Source: Orbicella franksi (Eukaryota). From it: a stretch of DNA of 64,000 nucleotides. The stretch spans positions 16,120,001 to 16,184,000 of the forward strand of contig OZ116705.1 of assembly GCA_964199315.1 (NCBI GenBank), given 5' to 3'. The number at the start of each line of letters is the position of its first letter. Within the stretch, counting starts at the first letter, position 1. A program made the translations under genes and the position numbers. Shown here piece by piece: positions 61,901-64,000 of the stretch. The notes beneath the pieces are model-generated. The model made no database searches. It had not been told where the DNA came from and saw only the letters and a program-made list of their open reading frames with translations.

Positions 61901-62120
61901 TAAAATGACCGGTGATTTTTGCGTTTTGAAATTTCTCTGGCGTACTGTAGACAGAAAACATTTGATGCGTTTTTAGAGTGAAACCTCCGTTTTCAAAAAA
62001 TCTCCGGCGCAGGGTGGACGGGGCCTTATTTGCTATCGAAATAACTACAAAAAAAAAAAAAAAAAAAAAAAGCTATTGCGAGGCTGAAATGAAACCCAAA
62101 ATGCAAGCCATTTGCTAACA

Positions 62121-62621
62121 CAGTGGAACCTCGGGTTGCGACCACCTCCTCGCCGGTAAGCGACCACCCCTCCTCAGCGACCAGTTTTCCAATTAAGTAA
62201 CCAAATTTTTCCAAGTCAAATCACTATATTTGGAACCTCTTGTAATTGACCACCTCTCGCAAGTGACTGCGACCACTGTCAGAGCTAAAAATTTGAAATT
62301 TTCTTTTGTTCTTAACCCCCCGTAAGTCAATGGACAGATAATAGAGCGAAAATTGCATAATAAGGTGTTGGGCATTATCGCATTCGTTGGATAGTACGAG
62401 AGACGGAAATTTCTCAATCGGAAGCACCAGATTGTTTTTTTTCAAAATTGACTTTTCACATGAATAAAACATTTAAAACATAGATAGGTCTCAACAGTTA
62501 CCTTATGCTAATGAGGCAAACTTTTGACCCAATATGATCTAAGTTCTCGTAAGTGATCACTTTCCGTAAGCAACAACCTAGGCTTGACATTTTGGGTGGT
62601 CGCTTACGGAAGGTTCGACTG
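62121..62621. mobile_element. Duplicate of the 50546-51045 MITE
   Basis: Same TIRs and same insertion context. Confidence 0.8.
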
Positions 62622-62715
62622 TAACAATAAAATGTTCATCACGTTTTATAATGCCTGAATGAATAAATGGACGTGTCGCAAAGAATCCGAGAAAGCAGAT
62701 AACATCGTCCTTAAC

Positions 62716-63145
62716 TTAGTCAGATTTATGTTTTTTCGAAATGATTTCATCCCAGTCCGGATAATACATCTCCTTCATCCGCTGGGCATGCTCCTCAAGA
62801 TTCTTGATTTTAGACTTGGTGAGTTCAGCGAAAGGACTTTGCGGACAGTCCAAAACAGAGGAGGTGATGAACGCAAATACGGCAACGTCAGCCAGGCAAG
62901 GTTTTTCACCAAACAGAAATTTCTTCTGGCCTAAAATTGCTGACACAGCAAGCAAATCCCTCTCAGCTATTCCGTACAAATCTTGCTCCGAGTGACGACC
63001 AATGCCGTGCGACCACAGATCCCTTCTGACCTTTCTATCTACCTTGTAGCATGCGAGAAGTCTGAGAGGCAGGACAAGATGACCAAAGAAAACCTTTCGC
63101 ATGTGCTCGGCGTAGTTAGTGCACCAGCGGTAGTATACAATTGTC
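62716..63145 (-). CDS. FAXC: FAXC-like copy E exon 2 (same sequence as copy C); exon 1 expected beyond the window
   Basis: Same translation as 51140-51569, at offset 11576. Confidence 0.85.
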
Positions 63146-63233
63146 CTATAGAGGATCAAGGAGACGGAAATTAAATTATCTCATTTGTCCTATCGGAAAT
63201 ATGATGCCTAATGGTAAGTATCGAGCGGTCTAA

Positions 63234-63607
63234 GGGCCTGTTTCCAAGGAGGGAGTGTTACCCTAGCGAGCGGGTTAACCCTAGCTGGAAGGCAAAAGAT
63301 AGCCGAGGTTTACAAGCAAAATTTCACTGGTAGGGTAACCCTAAAACCAGGGACATTTTAATGCGCGGTTACACTCAGAGTCTGGGAACAAGTAGAAAGT
63401 TAACCCGGGTAGGCGGGTTAACCATACCTGGAGTGTTTACAAGGGAAAAGAGTTAACCCGCCAGCCAGGGTAACCCTAGCACGCAGATAGGGTAACCCGC
63501 CTACCCGGGTAACCAAAGCTGCCTAACTGCCTTGTAAACACGACGAGTGAGTGAGTGCTAGGGTCACCTGCTTGCTAGGGTAACCCTCTCTCCTTTCAAA
63601 CAGGCCC
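63234..63607. mobile_element. Duplicate of the 51658-52031 Harbinger-like MITE
   Basis: Same sequence at offset 11576. Confidence 0.75.
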
Positions 63608-64000
63608 GAAGTCATTATATGTTCCCGGCCGGGAATGTTGTGTTATACTTTCAAAGCGCCTCTTTCTACCCAAGAGTATGCCCCATTAATTAATCCAATT
63701 CATCGTTTAATAGCGACATACCTGGACAAACATGTGAGTCTGATGGACTCTTGGCCCTTATGCAGTTTTTAGATTGCGTTAATATAGAGCGGTTTTCAAC
63801 TGAGTGTCGTAAAACCAAAACCAAACCAATTACTTACCAATTAGACTACTAAGCCAATCTCAAACCGTAGTAAAACCAAAACCACAACCAAAGTAATTAT
63901 CTAATTACTTTCGACACTCAAATGAAAACCGCTCTATTCAACACAATTCAGCATATTTAATTTATCTCTTTATATGTCCGTTACTATTAGAAACTGAGAA

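Larger units (their letters stand above)
60167..64000. repeat. Second copy of the segmental duplication (runs off the window end)
   Basis: Matches 48610-52424: roughly 94% by eye at the left, and no differences seen from ~62545 onward. Confidence 0.92.

Overview
Intron-containing, repeat-rich animal DNA, most likely a stony coral or other anthozoan (inferred from repeat and gene style, not proven), with one assembly gap (N15963-16093). Genes in order: (1) a NodZ/FUT8-like fucosyltransferase (+, 527-~3302); (2) a complete 15-exon TRMT11 (+, 7588-21272, 447 aa); (3) a two-exon secreted precursor whose second exon is in a frame absent from the ORF track (-, 26643-27921, 168 aa); (4) an intronless, divergent tropomyosin-like ORF (-, 31146-31979); (5) a tandem cluster of five two-exon FAXC-like (GST-fold) units (-, 36.3-63.1 kb). 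The secreted precursor has a signal peptide, a very acidic propiece, then FWSRHWKP(RIPIPRIPKP)x6RFPW-GKKK. It is a candidate cysteine-free, proline/arginine-rich, amidated host-defence peptide and the most interesting object in the window. The FAXC units comprise one with a premature stop, one lacking the membrane anchor, one intact, one orphan exon 2, and one exon 2 inside a recent ~11.6-kb tandem duplication. Intergenic and intronic DNA holds many MITEs, SINEs and LINE ends, including a nested stack with an AcademH-like element that carries a RecQ-helicase relic.
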